The notes under the pieces are model-generated. The model had not been told where the DNA came from, did not search any database, and saw nothing but the letters and a program-made list of their open reading frames with translations. From Candidatus Hydrogenedentota bacterium (GTDB taxonomy: Bacteria; Hydrogenedentota; Hydrogenedentia; Hydrogenedentales; SLHB01), in assembly GCA_963745075.1 (NCBI GenBank), contig CAVUWV010000001.1, forward strand, positions 160,001-224,000: a stretch of 64,000 nucleotides of DNA, given 5' to 3'. Within the stretch, counting starts at the first letter, position 1; each line of letters starts with the position of its first letter. Positions 9,716 to 19,324 of the stretch are shown here, piece after piece. The position numbers and the translations under genes are program-made.

Positions 9716-10702
9716 ATGAACTGGGAATCAAAATTGTCGTATGGGGCCGTTTTGATAGGTCTTTTTTCGATGTGCTGCGTCTCGGCAGTCGCTTGGGCGG
9801 ATGACGCGGGCGGACTTTCGGGGGAAGTGGCGGCTCCCGCCGAACTTCAGGAGATGACCCAAACCATCGCGGCGGCCTTGTCAATGGTATCGCTGGACGG
9901 TTGGCACGCGTCGGACATCGAGCGGTACGTGGTGGCCAATCTCTACGACAAGATCGACGGGCGTTCGGAACTCTACATGTCGTACGGGGTGAAGGGCATG
10001 GTGTTCACGAGCTTCGTCAACGACGCCGACCACTCACAGTTCATCGATGTGTTCCTCTACGACATGGAATCTGCGCCCGGCGCCTTTGGCGTGTTCAGCG
10101 TGGAGCGGTGGGGCGAATGGGAAACGCTCGATCTAGGCCGGCAGGGATATCGGAAGGATTCTGACGTTTTCTTCTGGAAGGGTCCGTACTACGCGACGGT
10201 CCTGGGTTCGGGAAAGGAACCGGCCGTACGGGATGCGCAACTCGCCATCGCGCGCGAACTGGACACGCGATTAAAAGATTCCGGCGAGTCGCTGTGGGGA
10301 TTCGACGTGCTGCCGAAGGAAGGGTTGGTCAAAGACTCCGTCCAATACTTCATGGTTGACGCGCTGAGCCTCGGCTTTATGAACAATACATATACGGCGG
10401 AGTACGAGGTCGGCGATGAGACGGTAACGGTGTTTGTCTCACAGCAAGAATCGGACGCGGCGGCCAGGGAAACGTACGAGCAGTTCGTGGCGTACATGAA
10501 AAAGTACGGCAAGGATGTCGATTCTACCGGAACGAACGGCGATGATTTGGTCACGGCGGATATGGGGGGCGCCCATTATGATGGCGTGTTTCGCTGCGCC
10601 ACGTATGTTGCGGGAGTATCATCCGTGCCGAATCGTACGTTGGCGATTCAGGCCGCGCAACGGCTGCGCGAGGGTATCGAAGGCGGTTCCGCCTCAAAGT
10701 GA
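9716..10702 (+). CDS. DUF6599-family exported protein
   Basis: Signal peptide; NLYDKIDGRSELY...FLYDMESAPGAFGVFS, FFWKGPYY. Confidence 0.78.
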   Translation: MNWESKLSYGAVLIGLFSMCCVSAVAWADDAGGLSGEVAAPAELQEMTQTIAAALSMVSLDGWHASDIERYVVANLYDKIDGRSELYMSYGVKGMVFTSFVNDADHSQFIDVFLYDMESAPGAFGVFSVERWGEWETLDLGRQGYRKDSDVFFWKGPYYATVLGSGKEPAVRDAQLAIARELDTRLKDSGESLWGFDVLPKEGLVKDSVQYFMVDALSLGFMNNTYTAEYEVGDETVTVFVSQQESDAAARETYEQFVAYMKKYGKDVDSTGTNGDDLVTADMGGAHYDGVFRCATYVAGVSSVPNRTLAIQAAQRLREGIEGGSASK

Positions 10703-10776
10703 TGCGATTGCCTCAATGGAATGAACTGCGCGAGACTCGTGCTCCGTCCGCAGTCAACGTGGGGACACTCGAAACG

Positions 10777-11820
10777 ATGCATACTATCGGGAGACGGGAG
10801 TTTATGGTAACCGGCACTGCAGCCTTCGCGGGAGCCGCCTCGGTGTTCGGAGCGGCATCGCCGGACGAGGACTCGGCTCGTGGCAAAGAACGCACTCGAT
10901 GTCTCGGGCCGTTTCGCGGCATGATGCCCATCATGGCGACGCCCGTGGACGCCGCGTACAAGGTGGACCTCGAAAGCCAGCGCCGTGAAGTCGAATACTG
11001 CATCCAATGCGGCGCGGTGGCGCTGGGGCATTTCGCGTACGCCTCCGAGTTTCAGAAGATTGGTGAAAGCGATCGCGCGCGGTTGCTGGACGTGGTCGTC
11101 AATGAGATCGACGGCCGGGTACCGTTTTTCGCCGGAGTTACGGGAAAGACGGCCGCTGATACGGTCCGTTACGCGAAGGAGGCCGAAGCGCGGGGCGCGG
11201 ATATCGTGATGGTTTCGTTGCCTTACGTGGACGAACTGAATGCGGCAGGAACGCTGGCGATGTTCAACGAGATTGCGGCGGCGGTAAACACTCCGATTAT
11301 TATTCAGGATACCTCGCACACGGCGGACGTGCTCACGGCCGACGTGGTGGCGCAGATCGCGGAGGAAACGGGTCAGGTGATCGCCATCAAGGCAGAGAGT
11401 CCGGATTTCCTGACGAAGACCGCAGAATTGATGAAGCGTTTTCACGGCACCATGCAGATCATCGGCGGCGCCGGCGGCCAGCATATGATTCACCTGTTGC
11501 GGTTGGGCGTGACCGCGTTTATGACGGGGACGGAGGCCCTCGAGTTCCACGCGGCCTGCGTGGCGGCCTACCTGGACGGCGACGAAGATAAGGCCGCGTC
11601 GATTTACTACAACAAGATCCTGCCGTACCTTTCGTTTTACAGCGCGGGAAACTGGTTGCGGAATCTCAAGATGATGCTCCACATGCGTGGCATCATCGAC
11701 ACGCCGAACCTGTGCCAGCCCGACGATCAACCGCCCGCCTACGGAGAAGTGGAGATGGAGCAGTTCCGCTGGACGCTCGACTACATCGGGTGGAACAAGC
11801 AGTGGCCGGACATTCCGTGA
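10777..11820 (+). CDS. DHDPS/NAL-family enzyme (AraD/2-keto-3-deoxy-acid dehydratase-like) with Tat-like signal
   Basis: MHTIGRREFM; PIMATP, AYASEF, IIIQD, AIKAE (Schiff-base Lys). Confidence 0.8.
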   Translation: MHTIGRREFMVTGTAAFAGAASVFGAASPDEDSARGKERTRCLGPFRGMMPIMATPVDAAYKVDLESQRREVEYCIQCGAVALGHFAYASEFQKIGESDRARLLDVVVNEIDGRVPFFAGVTGKTAADTVRYAKEAEARGADIVMVSLPYVDELNAAGTLAMFNEIAAAVNTPIIIQDTSHTADVLTADVVAQIAEETGQVIAIKAESPDFLTKTAELMKRFHGTMQIIGGAGGQHMIHLLRLGVTAFMTGTEALEFHAACVAAYLDGDEDKAASIYYNKILPYLSFYSAGNWLRNLKMMLHMRGIIDTPNLCQPDDQPPAYGEVEMEQFRWTLDYIGWNKQWPDIP

Positions 11821-11945
11821 GATCCGGGTGAGCGGCCAGTAATCCATGCGTCCCTGCGCAGGTCCGCGGTTTTCGCTACGGCCCGCCGCGATCCGCGGGA
11901 CGGAGATCGTCTGACCGTGCGCGAAGACCCACGGGGATAGAACCC

Positions 11946-12740
11946 TCAGCTATCTTCGGAGAGACCTCCGGCTGCCCAGTCGTCGGTACCCGCGGCCGTA
12001 TGGCTGTTACCACCGCTGACACTTGAATTAGCACCGCTGGCTGTATTGAATGCGCCGCCGCTGACGCTCGAACGGTCGCCGCCGGCCTCATTGGACCACC
12101 CACCGCTGACGCTTGCAGAGTTGGAACCACTGGCTTCGTTGCTGTTGCCACCGCTGACGCTTGCCCATGAGCCGCTGGCCGTGTTGCCGAGGCCCCCGGT
12201 CACGCTGGATTGATTGCCGGTCGCCATGTTGTCTCTGCCACCAGAGATGCTGGAATAGAAGCCGCCGGCCATGTTCTGAAAACCTCCACTAACGCTGGAC
12301 GCCGGTCCGGTTACCGTATTGCGATAACCCGCCACAAGCCCACCGTAGCTTGCATATTCATGCTCCGTTCCGACAACAAGATTATGTGAGCCCATTCGAC
12401 CGTAAACGACCGTATCGGGCTTTTCGTTGTAACCTATGATGAGATTTCCGCGACCCGTAAGCCCGCTGCTATCCTCCGTGTCGCCGCTGCCGCTGCGGAT
12501 GTGGACGTTGCAGCCTTCGATGATGAGGTGCGGGCCTATTAGCCCCCTCTTCTTTCCCGTCTGTATGCTGACGTACTGCAGCTTGGCTTGGAGTTCGGCC
12601 ACTTGCGCTTCCAACTCCTCTACGCGATCCGTCAAATTGCTTTGGCCGCCGCCGGGCGTCGGGCAGCCCAGGATGGGGATGAATGCAGTGATTACGACGA
12701 CGAACGCCAACAACAGTAGACTTCGCGACACGTTAGTCAT
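11946..12740 (-). CDS. Putative lipoprotein with coiled coil and SVSGGxxNxAxG beta-roll repeats
   Basis: Lipobox-like ILGC; LTDRVEELEAQVAELQAKL; about 7-8 repeats of ~14 aa; start set at ATG 12740. Confidence 0.7.
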   Translation of the reverse strand: MTNVSRSLLLLAFVVVITAFIPILGCPTPGGGQSNLTDRVEELEAQVAELQAKLQYVSIQTGKKRGLIGPHLIIEGCNVHIRSGSGDTEDSSGLTGRGNLIIGYNEKPDTVVYGRMGSHNLVVGTEHEYASYGGLVAGYRNTVTGPASSVSGGFQNMAGGFYSSISGGRDNMATGNQSSVTGGLGNTASGSWASVSGGNSNEASGSNSASVSGGWSNEAGGDRSSVSGGAFNTASGANSSVSGGNSHTAAGTDDWAAGGLSEDS

Positions 12741-13033
12741 GGTGGCTCTCCGTGCTGCGGGCAGGCGACTTTCCGTCACATCGGGCGTACCTTGCCCGTC
12801 GCGTAGGTTTTTCGTATGGACGGAGCCGTCCCTCCGTCTTGGTGATACACAACCTCCGATCCACTTGCAGCTTCGGAGACAGTATAGCATAAGATTGGAA
12901 CATCGCCGGCAGGAAGCGCAGATCGCAAGGAAAGGGTCGCAGGACCGCGGCCAACCCATTCCTCATCGGTACGGGATCAGCGGAGAAAGATCCGCCCAGT
13001 GCTGTGTCGTTTGCAGCGAGACCGTCGAATCAA

Positions 13034-13447
13034 TTACCGGGTTGAGGCGAGTGCATCCTGAATGCGCGATTGCGTGGCACGGAGTCGTTGCGTCACTTCG
13101 GGAAGGACATTCTCCTGGATCTGACGATCCAGGTATTTCATGGCGTCGTCGTAGGACACGTATCGGTAATCTTGTTTCTTGTCCGCTACAACCGGATACC
13201 GTGCCTGAACCTGCTCCAGCGGAATGCCGCGATACACCACAACCTTGATGTCGTACCGGTGATTCGGGTCGGGATCGCCCTGACGTTCCCATTGCCACCA
13301 CGCCATCCCGATGGTCTCGTACGCGGCCGCTTGCGGCCCGAAATCTTCGTAGTCGAGGACCATCGTCGTTTTGGAAGACGTGGCACATCCCGCAGCGTAT
13401 GCGAACGCCATCGTTGCGGCGACATAGTGTATCACGGCACGTTTCAT
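13034..13447 (-). CDS. Hypothetical lipoprotein
   Basis: MKRAVIHYVAATMAFAYAAGC lipobox; 137 aa. Confidence 0.65.
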   Translation of the reverse strand: MKRAVIHYVAATMAFAYAAGCATSSKTTMVLDYEDFGPQAAAYETIGMAWWQWERQGDPDPNHRYDIKVVVYRGIPLEQVQARYPVVADKKQDYRYVSYDDAMKYLDRQIQENVLPEVTQRLRATQSRIQDALASTR

Positions 13448-13473
13448 AACCCGTTCGCCTTGCGTAAAAGAAA

Positions 13474-13550
13474 TGGTGGGCGGTGAGGGATTCGAACCCC
13501 CGACCCCCTGCGTGTAAAGCAGATGCTCTAACCAGCTGAGCTAACCGCCC
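13474..13550 (-). tRNA. trnV: tRNA-Val(TAC)
   Basis: Reverse complement GGGCGGTTAGCTCAGCTGGTTAGAGCATCTGCTTTACACGCAGGGGGTCGGGGGTTCGAATCCCTCACCGCCCACCA; cloverleaf with encoded CCA. Confidence 0.97.
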
Positions 13551-13564
13551 GATGAGGAACCGGG

Positions 13565-13573
13565 ATCATAGCA
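13565..13573 (-). promoter_or_regulatory. Putative extended -10 for tRNA-Val(TAC)
   Basis: TGCTATGAT on minus strand 14 nt upstream of the tRNA. Confidence 0.45.
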
Positions 13574-13789
13574 TGACCGGGGCGGGGGATGAAACTTGCT
13601 CCGCGGTCGGCTCGATGACGGAATTCAACCCGGGGAAAATGAAAGCCCGTAATCTACTCAGTCGCTAACTACTTTTGCCCTCCCAACCTCATGGCACAAG
13701 TTAAAGACGGCCTTAGGCGATAATCCAACACGCGTGAATCCCCTACCATACATTATTTGTGCGACACAGGACTTCCCGCTGAACCAAGA

Positions 13790-13927
13790 CACCTTGAGCT
13801 GGCTGCACCAATCCCGAAGACTCCGGGTTCGCTGCGAACGTCGCGCGGACATACACGTAGCGTTCCTCGCACTCGGTTGTCTCTGTACCTGTTTTAACTT
13901 CATTCGGAACTTTTGTTAAAGGCTCTA
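13790..13927 (+). mobile_element. IS5-family transposase 3' remnant with probable right terminal IR
   Basis: TLSWLHQSRRLRVRCERRADIHVAFLALGC matches the IS5-family C-terminal WLxxxRRLxxRY(D/E)R motif; followed by TTTTGTTAAAGGCTCTA. Confidence 0.75.
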
Positions 13928-15386
13928 AGAATGTCCAAATTGCACAACAGTGATAATGTATTCGACGCCCGCGTCGGCATTTACTTTTAGATAGTACTCA
14001 CCAGGATCTTCGCAAATAAGAAATGAATCGTACGGAGGCTTTTCCGTGATTATGTGCTGAAGGAACTTATTGCTCTCGGCTTCATAAAGGTCTATCGAGA
14101 ATGAAGCGGTTCTGTTCGCTCTCTTCACGTACCAATCGATTCGCCAGATAATCGATTTCACGGGAACTTTGCGAATTGCTTGCTCTCGTCGCCACGAAAC
14201 TGTTCTGTGACAATGGGGATTAGGGAAGGTTGGAAATCGTCCGCTGCCGCTCGGTCAAGAGCAGATATGAGTTGAAGGGCATCGGAGTAATGTTTCTCAT
14301 GCTGAGCGGCAATCTTTGCGGCGGCTTGAGCGTCCGCCTCCGCGTGCCTAATTTCTCGGACGATTGAATTGTGCTGCGATTCAATGTTGGATATCTCGGA
14401 GCGATGGGCTGCACGGGCATTTTTCGTGGGCCGCTGACACTGCCGCAGCTTCGGAGCCAACACGTTGTTGATCAAGCCCTACTTTGAAGCCGTATTCATC
14501 AAGGAGGTCGGCACTAATGCTTGCTGAGTAATCGTGACCTGTTGCCAGCTCCGCAAGAAATTCTTTGTGTCTGATTTTATAAAGCCCTTGGTCCCACTTA
14601 AGATCAAAATCATCGTATACGTCCGCCAACGCGTCTTGCTCTGATGCGTTTACCGATGCGATAGCTTGCTGGTGTGCGGCGATTCGCGCTTGATTGTCTT
14701 CAAGCTTTTGGACTGTCCCCGCAACCTTTTGTTGTCTATTGGCGATTTCTTGCGAAAGCGTTGCGCTCCCTGTTTTCAGAGTGTAGCCGTAGGATGCCGC
14801 GATTGAACGTCGATAACCTTCGGGTAGCGTTCTCCATTTCTCAACTTCGGCTTCAAACTGTGCAATTTCCTTGAGTTGTCTTCGTACCTTGAAAGTCGAG
14901 AGCGCTTGGCTAGGATCTTTAGGTTCCTTGGGTTTCGGTGCACTTTGCGCAAGATTCTTCAGGTTTGCTTTTTCGGGTTTGGATCGCAATTTCCGCATAT
15001 TCCTTATCGTCACTCGCGGAGAACGTATCCAAGACAACCAGTTTCTTTTCCAGTAGCATCTTGTTCAACACTTCACCGGAAGGGAGCACCGCCTCAACGT
15101 AACTGAGTCCTGATATTGTCTTGATGGGACGGATTTCGAGAGCCACGTCTTTGGTGACTGATGTAATGAATCTCTCGGCCTCTTTAATCTTTGCCAGATT
15201 CAGGGCATCACCTCTGACCCCGTAAAGAGAAACGAGAAGCTTTCCATCATCGGTATCGAGTCTTAAAGAATCGCCATGATAGACGGCAGATATCTTTGCG
15301 GAGAAAGGTTTGTCTGGCACGGCGAGTTGAGGGCCGGATGCTCCCACGATAATTGATAAGGCGAGTGCGGCGGTACACGCGTACAT
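13925..15386 (-). pseudogene. Exported thermonuclease(SNase)-like domain + coiled coil + C-terminal beta domain; split by 3 frameshifts (possibly sequencing errors)
   Basis: Four overlapping ORFs (15386-14919, 15037-14381, 14475-14158, 14161-13925) join with single-base corrections in A5, A5 and C3 runs; N-terminal ISAVYHGDS...LNKMLLEKKLV. Confidence 0.6.
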
Positions 15387-16033
15387 ATTCAGCCCCTCCC
15401 TGAATGTGGACTTCCCCCTAGTACTTTATCACACGAGGCCGCCTTTGTCCAGCGGAAAAGTAGAGTGGATTTCGGCTTTGGTATGCTTCCCGTGCTGGCG
15501 AATTTGAGAAGCGGGAACCAAAACAGTATCGCAATACGATTCGAATATATCGGGTCTTTCTGTGCTGGACTTGGAACGCGACCGGATAGTTTCTACGTCA
15601 ACCATTGAGCCATCCATCCACAAGCGGTACACAAGCTCGGAGGGCGTGTTCTTCACGGAGTCCACGTGGGAACACAGTCTGGATGGTAGATCTTCGGAAA
15701 GAACGGACATACCGCACTACTTTGATTTCGCATCGATGAAGTTAATCACCCGAAAGACGAAACTGAGTTCAGTCGATGGCGCGCGTACTGTGGATTTTGC
15801 TCTTGGTAATGATTAGGAAGGAATCTCCGGACAAGGTACCCAACCCTAGATAGTTACCCACCCATCTTATTCTACTCCGCGATCTGTTGCTTGAGGAACT
15901 TGGTCCCAAGTGAATTCTGATTTAAGACCACTAGAATGTCTTGTGCTGACGGCCTTGTACCCAATGCCTCAGCTCATAAACTGCAAGTAGTGCTATCTTC
16001 TAGTCACGATTTCAATACTAACCGTTGACTTGC

Positions 16034-17053
16034 TTACCCCGCGATGCGGATGCAGACTTTGCCAAAATGTTTTCCGGCGGCCATGTATTCGCAGGCTTCG
16101 CGGGTGGATTCGAGGGGAAATACCTTGTCGACGACGGGCTGGAGGCGGTGGAAGTCGATGGCGCGGTTCATTTCTTCGAAGGCGTCGCGGGGGCCGACGA
16201 TGATGCCTTGGAGGCGGACGTTTTGCATGAGGAGGGGGGTGAGGTTCAGGGGGGCTTCGACGCCGGCGAGGACGCCGATGAGGCTGATGTGGCCGCCCAT
16301 GCGGACGGCGCGCATGGATTGGGTGAGGGTGCCGACGCCGCCGACTTCGACGATGTGGTCGACGCCGACGCCGCCGGTCCAGTCGCGGACGGCGGAGGCC
16401 CATTTGGGGTTAGTCCGGTAGTTCACGCCATGGTCGGCGCCCAGGGCTTGGGCTCGCGCGAGTTTCTCGTCGCTGCTGGAGGTGACGATGACCCGCGCGC
16501 CGAGGAGTTTGGCGAATTGGAGCGCGAAGAGCGAGACGCCGCCGGTGCCGAGCGTGAGCACGGTGTCGCCGGCCTTGACGTTGCCGTGGGTCACGAGCGC
16601 GCTCCATGCGGTGACCGCGGCGCAGGGCAGGCACGCCGCTTCTTCGTCTGTTAAATGTTCGGGGACGTGTACGACGCCGTGTTCGCTGAGCACGACCAAT
16701 TCGGCCAGCATGCCGTCGAGCGGTCCGCCCAGGGTGGTGCCTTGCAGGCGTTCGCGGTCGGGGTGTCCGGAGAGCCAGCCTTGGGCGAAGATCCCCGCGA
16801 CGCGATCGCCAACCTTGACGCGTTGCACGCCTTCCCCGGCGGCGATGACGGTGCCGACGCCGTCCGAGAGCGGAATGAGGGGAAGCGGTTGTCGCGGGTT
16901 GTAGAGGCCTTGTATCGTGAGCAAGTCTCGATAGTTGAGCGATGTCGCCAGAACCTGGATGAGCACTTCGCCGGGTCCGGGCCTCGGGTCCGGGCGGTCT
17001 GCCGGGACGAGATGGTCGAAACCGAACGCGTCTTGTATTTCCACCACACGCAT
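16034..17053 (-). CDS. MDR-family NAD(P)-dependent alcohol dehydrogenase / quinone oxidoreductase-like (Zn-independent)
   Basis: SLNYRD, PLSDGVG, LPCAAVTAW, GTGGVS, HFGKV. Confidence 0.93.
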   Translation of the reverse strand: MRVVEIQDAFGFDHLVPADRPDPRPGPGEVLIQVLATSLNYRDLLTIQGLYNPRQPLPLIPLSDGVGTVIAAGEGVQRVKVGDRVAGIFAQGWLSGHPDRERLQGTTLGGPLDGMLAELVVLSEHGVVHVPEHLTDEEAACLPCAAVTAWSALVTHGNVKAGDTVLTLGTGGVSLFALQFAKLLGARVIVTSSSDEKLARAQALGADHGVNYRTNPKWASAVRDWTGGVGVDHIVEVGGVGTLTQSMRAVRMGGHISLIGVLAGVEAPLNLTPLLMQNVRLQGIIVGPRDAFEEMNRAIDFHRLQPVVDKVFPLESTREACEYMAAGKHFGKVCIRIAG

Positions 17054-17376
17054 GGAATCAATCCTCCATTGGTCGATACGCTGGGAATGGGAGCCGCGAT
17101 GAAATCTTTAGCCAGTATAGTCGCTGACGAAACAACACGCCAGGACGTGGTTCCCATTGGGCATGTGGTGCGCTCCTTCTCGTAGCCGCCGCCGGCCTCT
17201 CGTGCGCGAGTTCGGACTTTGGAGCAGGGAGGGTATGCAAGCGCGGTAACACAACACGTGATTTGTGCGCCGGGTTGGGATCGTGCGTTTCGTCGATTAC
17301 GAGTACGAGGGGGAGTACGAGTGCGACCAGTGGGGCAGCGGTAACGTAAGAAGGCACCAGACCTTCGTCACCACGA

Positions 17377-17405
17377 TTGACTCCGGCAGGGGGCTTTGCT
17401 AGAAT
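17377..17405 (+). promoter_or_regulatory. sigma70 promoter of tRNA-Val(GAC)
   Basis: TTGACT, 17 bp spacer, TAGAAT with TG extension, 14 nt upstream of the tRNA. Confidence 0.7.
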
Positions 17406-17419
17406 CTGGTTCTGCGTTA

Positions 17420-17496
17420 GGGCGGTTAGCTCAGGTGGTTAGAGTACTTGCTTGACATGCAAGGGGTCACTGGTTCAAGTCCAGTACCGCCCACCA
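17420..17496 (+). tRNA. trnV: tRNA-Val(GAC)
   Basis: GGGCGGTTAGCTCAGGTGGTTAGAGTACTTGCTTGACATGCAAGGGGTCACTGGTTCAAGTCCAGTACCGCCCACCA. Confidence 0.97.
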
Positions 17497-18117
17497 TCTT
17501 TAAGTTCCCCATGGCCATCCGGTTACGGGTTCCTTGTCACGTGGCGAAACGGTCGTAATCTCAGGCCGAAAACGGGTACTGCTACCCGGTTCCCAGCAGG
17601 GAGACCAACAACCGTAGCGCTACCCCTATCACAGCGTATGTCAAGGCGTCGTCATTAGTGCAGTCCCGGCTAGCAATTCTTCGGTGCCTTGACGATTATA
17701 GCCTTACAGTCGGCGATCCTTTCTGAGGAGTCGTTGTTGGCGGTTTTACGCTGACGAGACGAAGCGATGCATCATCGGTCGTTAATTGCCGTGTCATAGA
17801 CCTTTCGAAAGAAGGGGACGGCGGTGGCTGCTTTTCGGCCGCGCACGGAAACATTCGGACCAACTGGAGACGTTCATTGGACCGATGATGCCGGAGCAGT
17901 AGGGATCTGACGATTCTGATTTTGTCATACCCGGTCATGCGGTGACACGAACCCGAGGGCCGTCGGGACCTCTCGAATTCTTACTTCTTGCTCGTGCTTG
18001 GCATATCGAGCCTCAAGTAAACAATTGCGACTCACTGAGCGTAGAGTTTATCCTTGGAATAGCGTTTGCTGGTTTTGTCGATCACGATTGCGATTACGAT
18101 CGAGAGGATTTGGGACG

Positions 18118-19046
18118 ATGCTGGGATGGTTGGGAGTGGGACGCGTTTTCATGGGAACGGTATTGGTCGCGACGTGTCTTTGTCCCGCTTGGTCGGACGA
18201 ACTTCAGAAGCCTGAGCCAGGGAAGAAGATTTGGGTGTTCTTGTTTGCGGGACAGTCGAATATGGAGGGACGGGCCGACGGGGACAAACTGACGGAAGCG
18301 GACAAGGCGCGGCTTGAACGGGCGCAGCAGTGGGTGCAACTTGCGTATAACTACGAGCCCGTCGAGGCCGCTGGACGTGGTCGAACCCTCTGCCGAGATT
18401 CGGGAAATTTACCATCGCGACCACATCTTCGGTCCGGAACTGTTCTTCGGGATCGCGATGGCCGAAGCGTGGCCTGGGGAACGGATGCTGTTTATCAAGT
18501 TGGCCGTCGGGGGCACGTCGCTTCACGGTTCCTGGAATCCGGACTGGAGTCAAGGCAAAAGCGGCGGCCATGAAAGAGGAGGACGGTCCGAAGTTGTACG
18601 ACGACTTTGTGTCGTACGTCAAGCGAGTCCTTTCCGGATATGCACCCGATCGAATACGAGATCTGCGGGATGTTGTGGGTGCAGGGCGAAAGCGACGGTT
18701 CGGGGGAGGCGGCGGCGGCATACGGCGCCGAATCTTGCCCATCTGCGTGGCGCGCGTCCGTGAAGACATCGGAGACGAAACGCTGCCGTTCATGCTGTTT
18801 CAGGTGGGCTCGGATCGCGTTGTCGAGGGGATGCGCCACGTCGCGGGCACGGTAGAGAATGTCACATTGATCCCGCAGAACCCGGACCCGAGTTCCGGCG
18901 ACTACTACGACACGATGGAGAATGGACACTACAATCACGTGGGCATGAAGAAGCTGGGAAGCCGGTTCGCGGAGGTCTTTCTCACCGACGTACGCACAAC
19001 GGTCGAAGTGGAGATCGCTGGTGCGCGCGTGTCCTGCGTGATGTAG
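18118..19046 (+). pseudogene. Sialate O-acetylesterase / CE6-like (SASA) exported esterase with about 5 frameshifts
   Basis: FAGQSNMEG, FGPELFFG, IKLAVGGTSL, LWVQGESD, GHYN motifs spread over three frames. Confidence 0.8.
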
Positions 19047-19324
19047 CGGATGTCTGCTGCAGCCATCGGCCCTCCCCCTATCCTCACGTCACAACGCCCG
19101 CTCTTCGCGAACGTTCGGTATCTGCGGCAATCCGCCGCCAATCCTCGCATCCGCGAACGGAATTCGTTGCAAGAGGTTACGCAATCCATGCTGAGAATGG
19201 GGCCCATTTGGCCCTCGCCTGATGACGGTGCCATGGCAGGTCTATTCCTTGATGGTGCGGTGAATATGCACTACACTGCATGAGCTGCAAGAAACGCCCA
19301 ACCTATCCTGGAGGATTGTGAACG

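Noticed and set aside
15429..15816. Short ORFs in the AT-richer islet
   Set aside because: Overlapping on opposite strands with no recognisable motif; cannot choose a real gene
17497..18110. Integrative element or ncRNA downstream of tRNA-Val(GAC)
   Set aside because: No integrase or duplicated tRNA 3' end seen; only weak hairpins and short hexamer runs (CGATTA-like at about 18080-18102)
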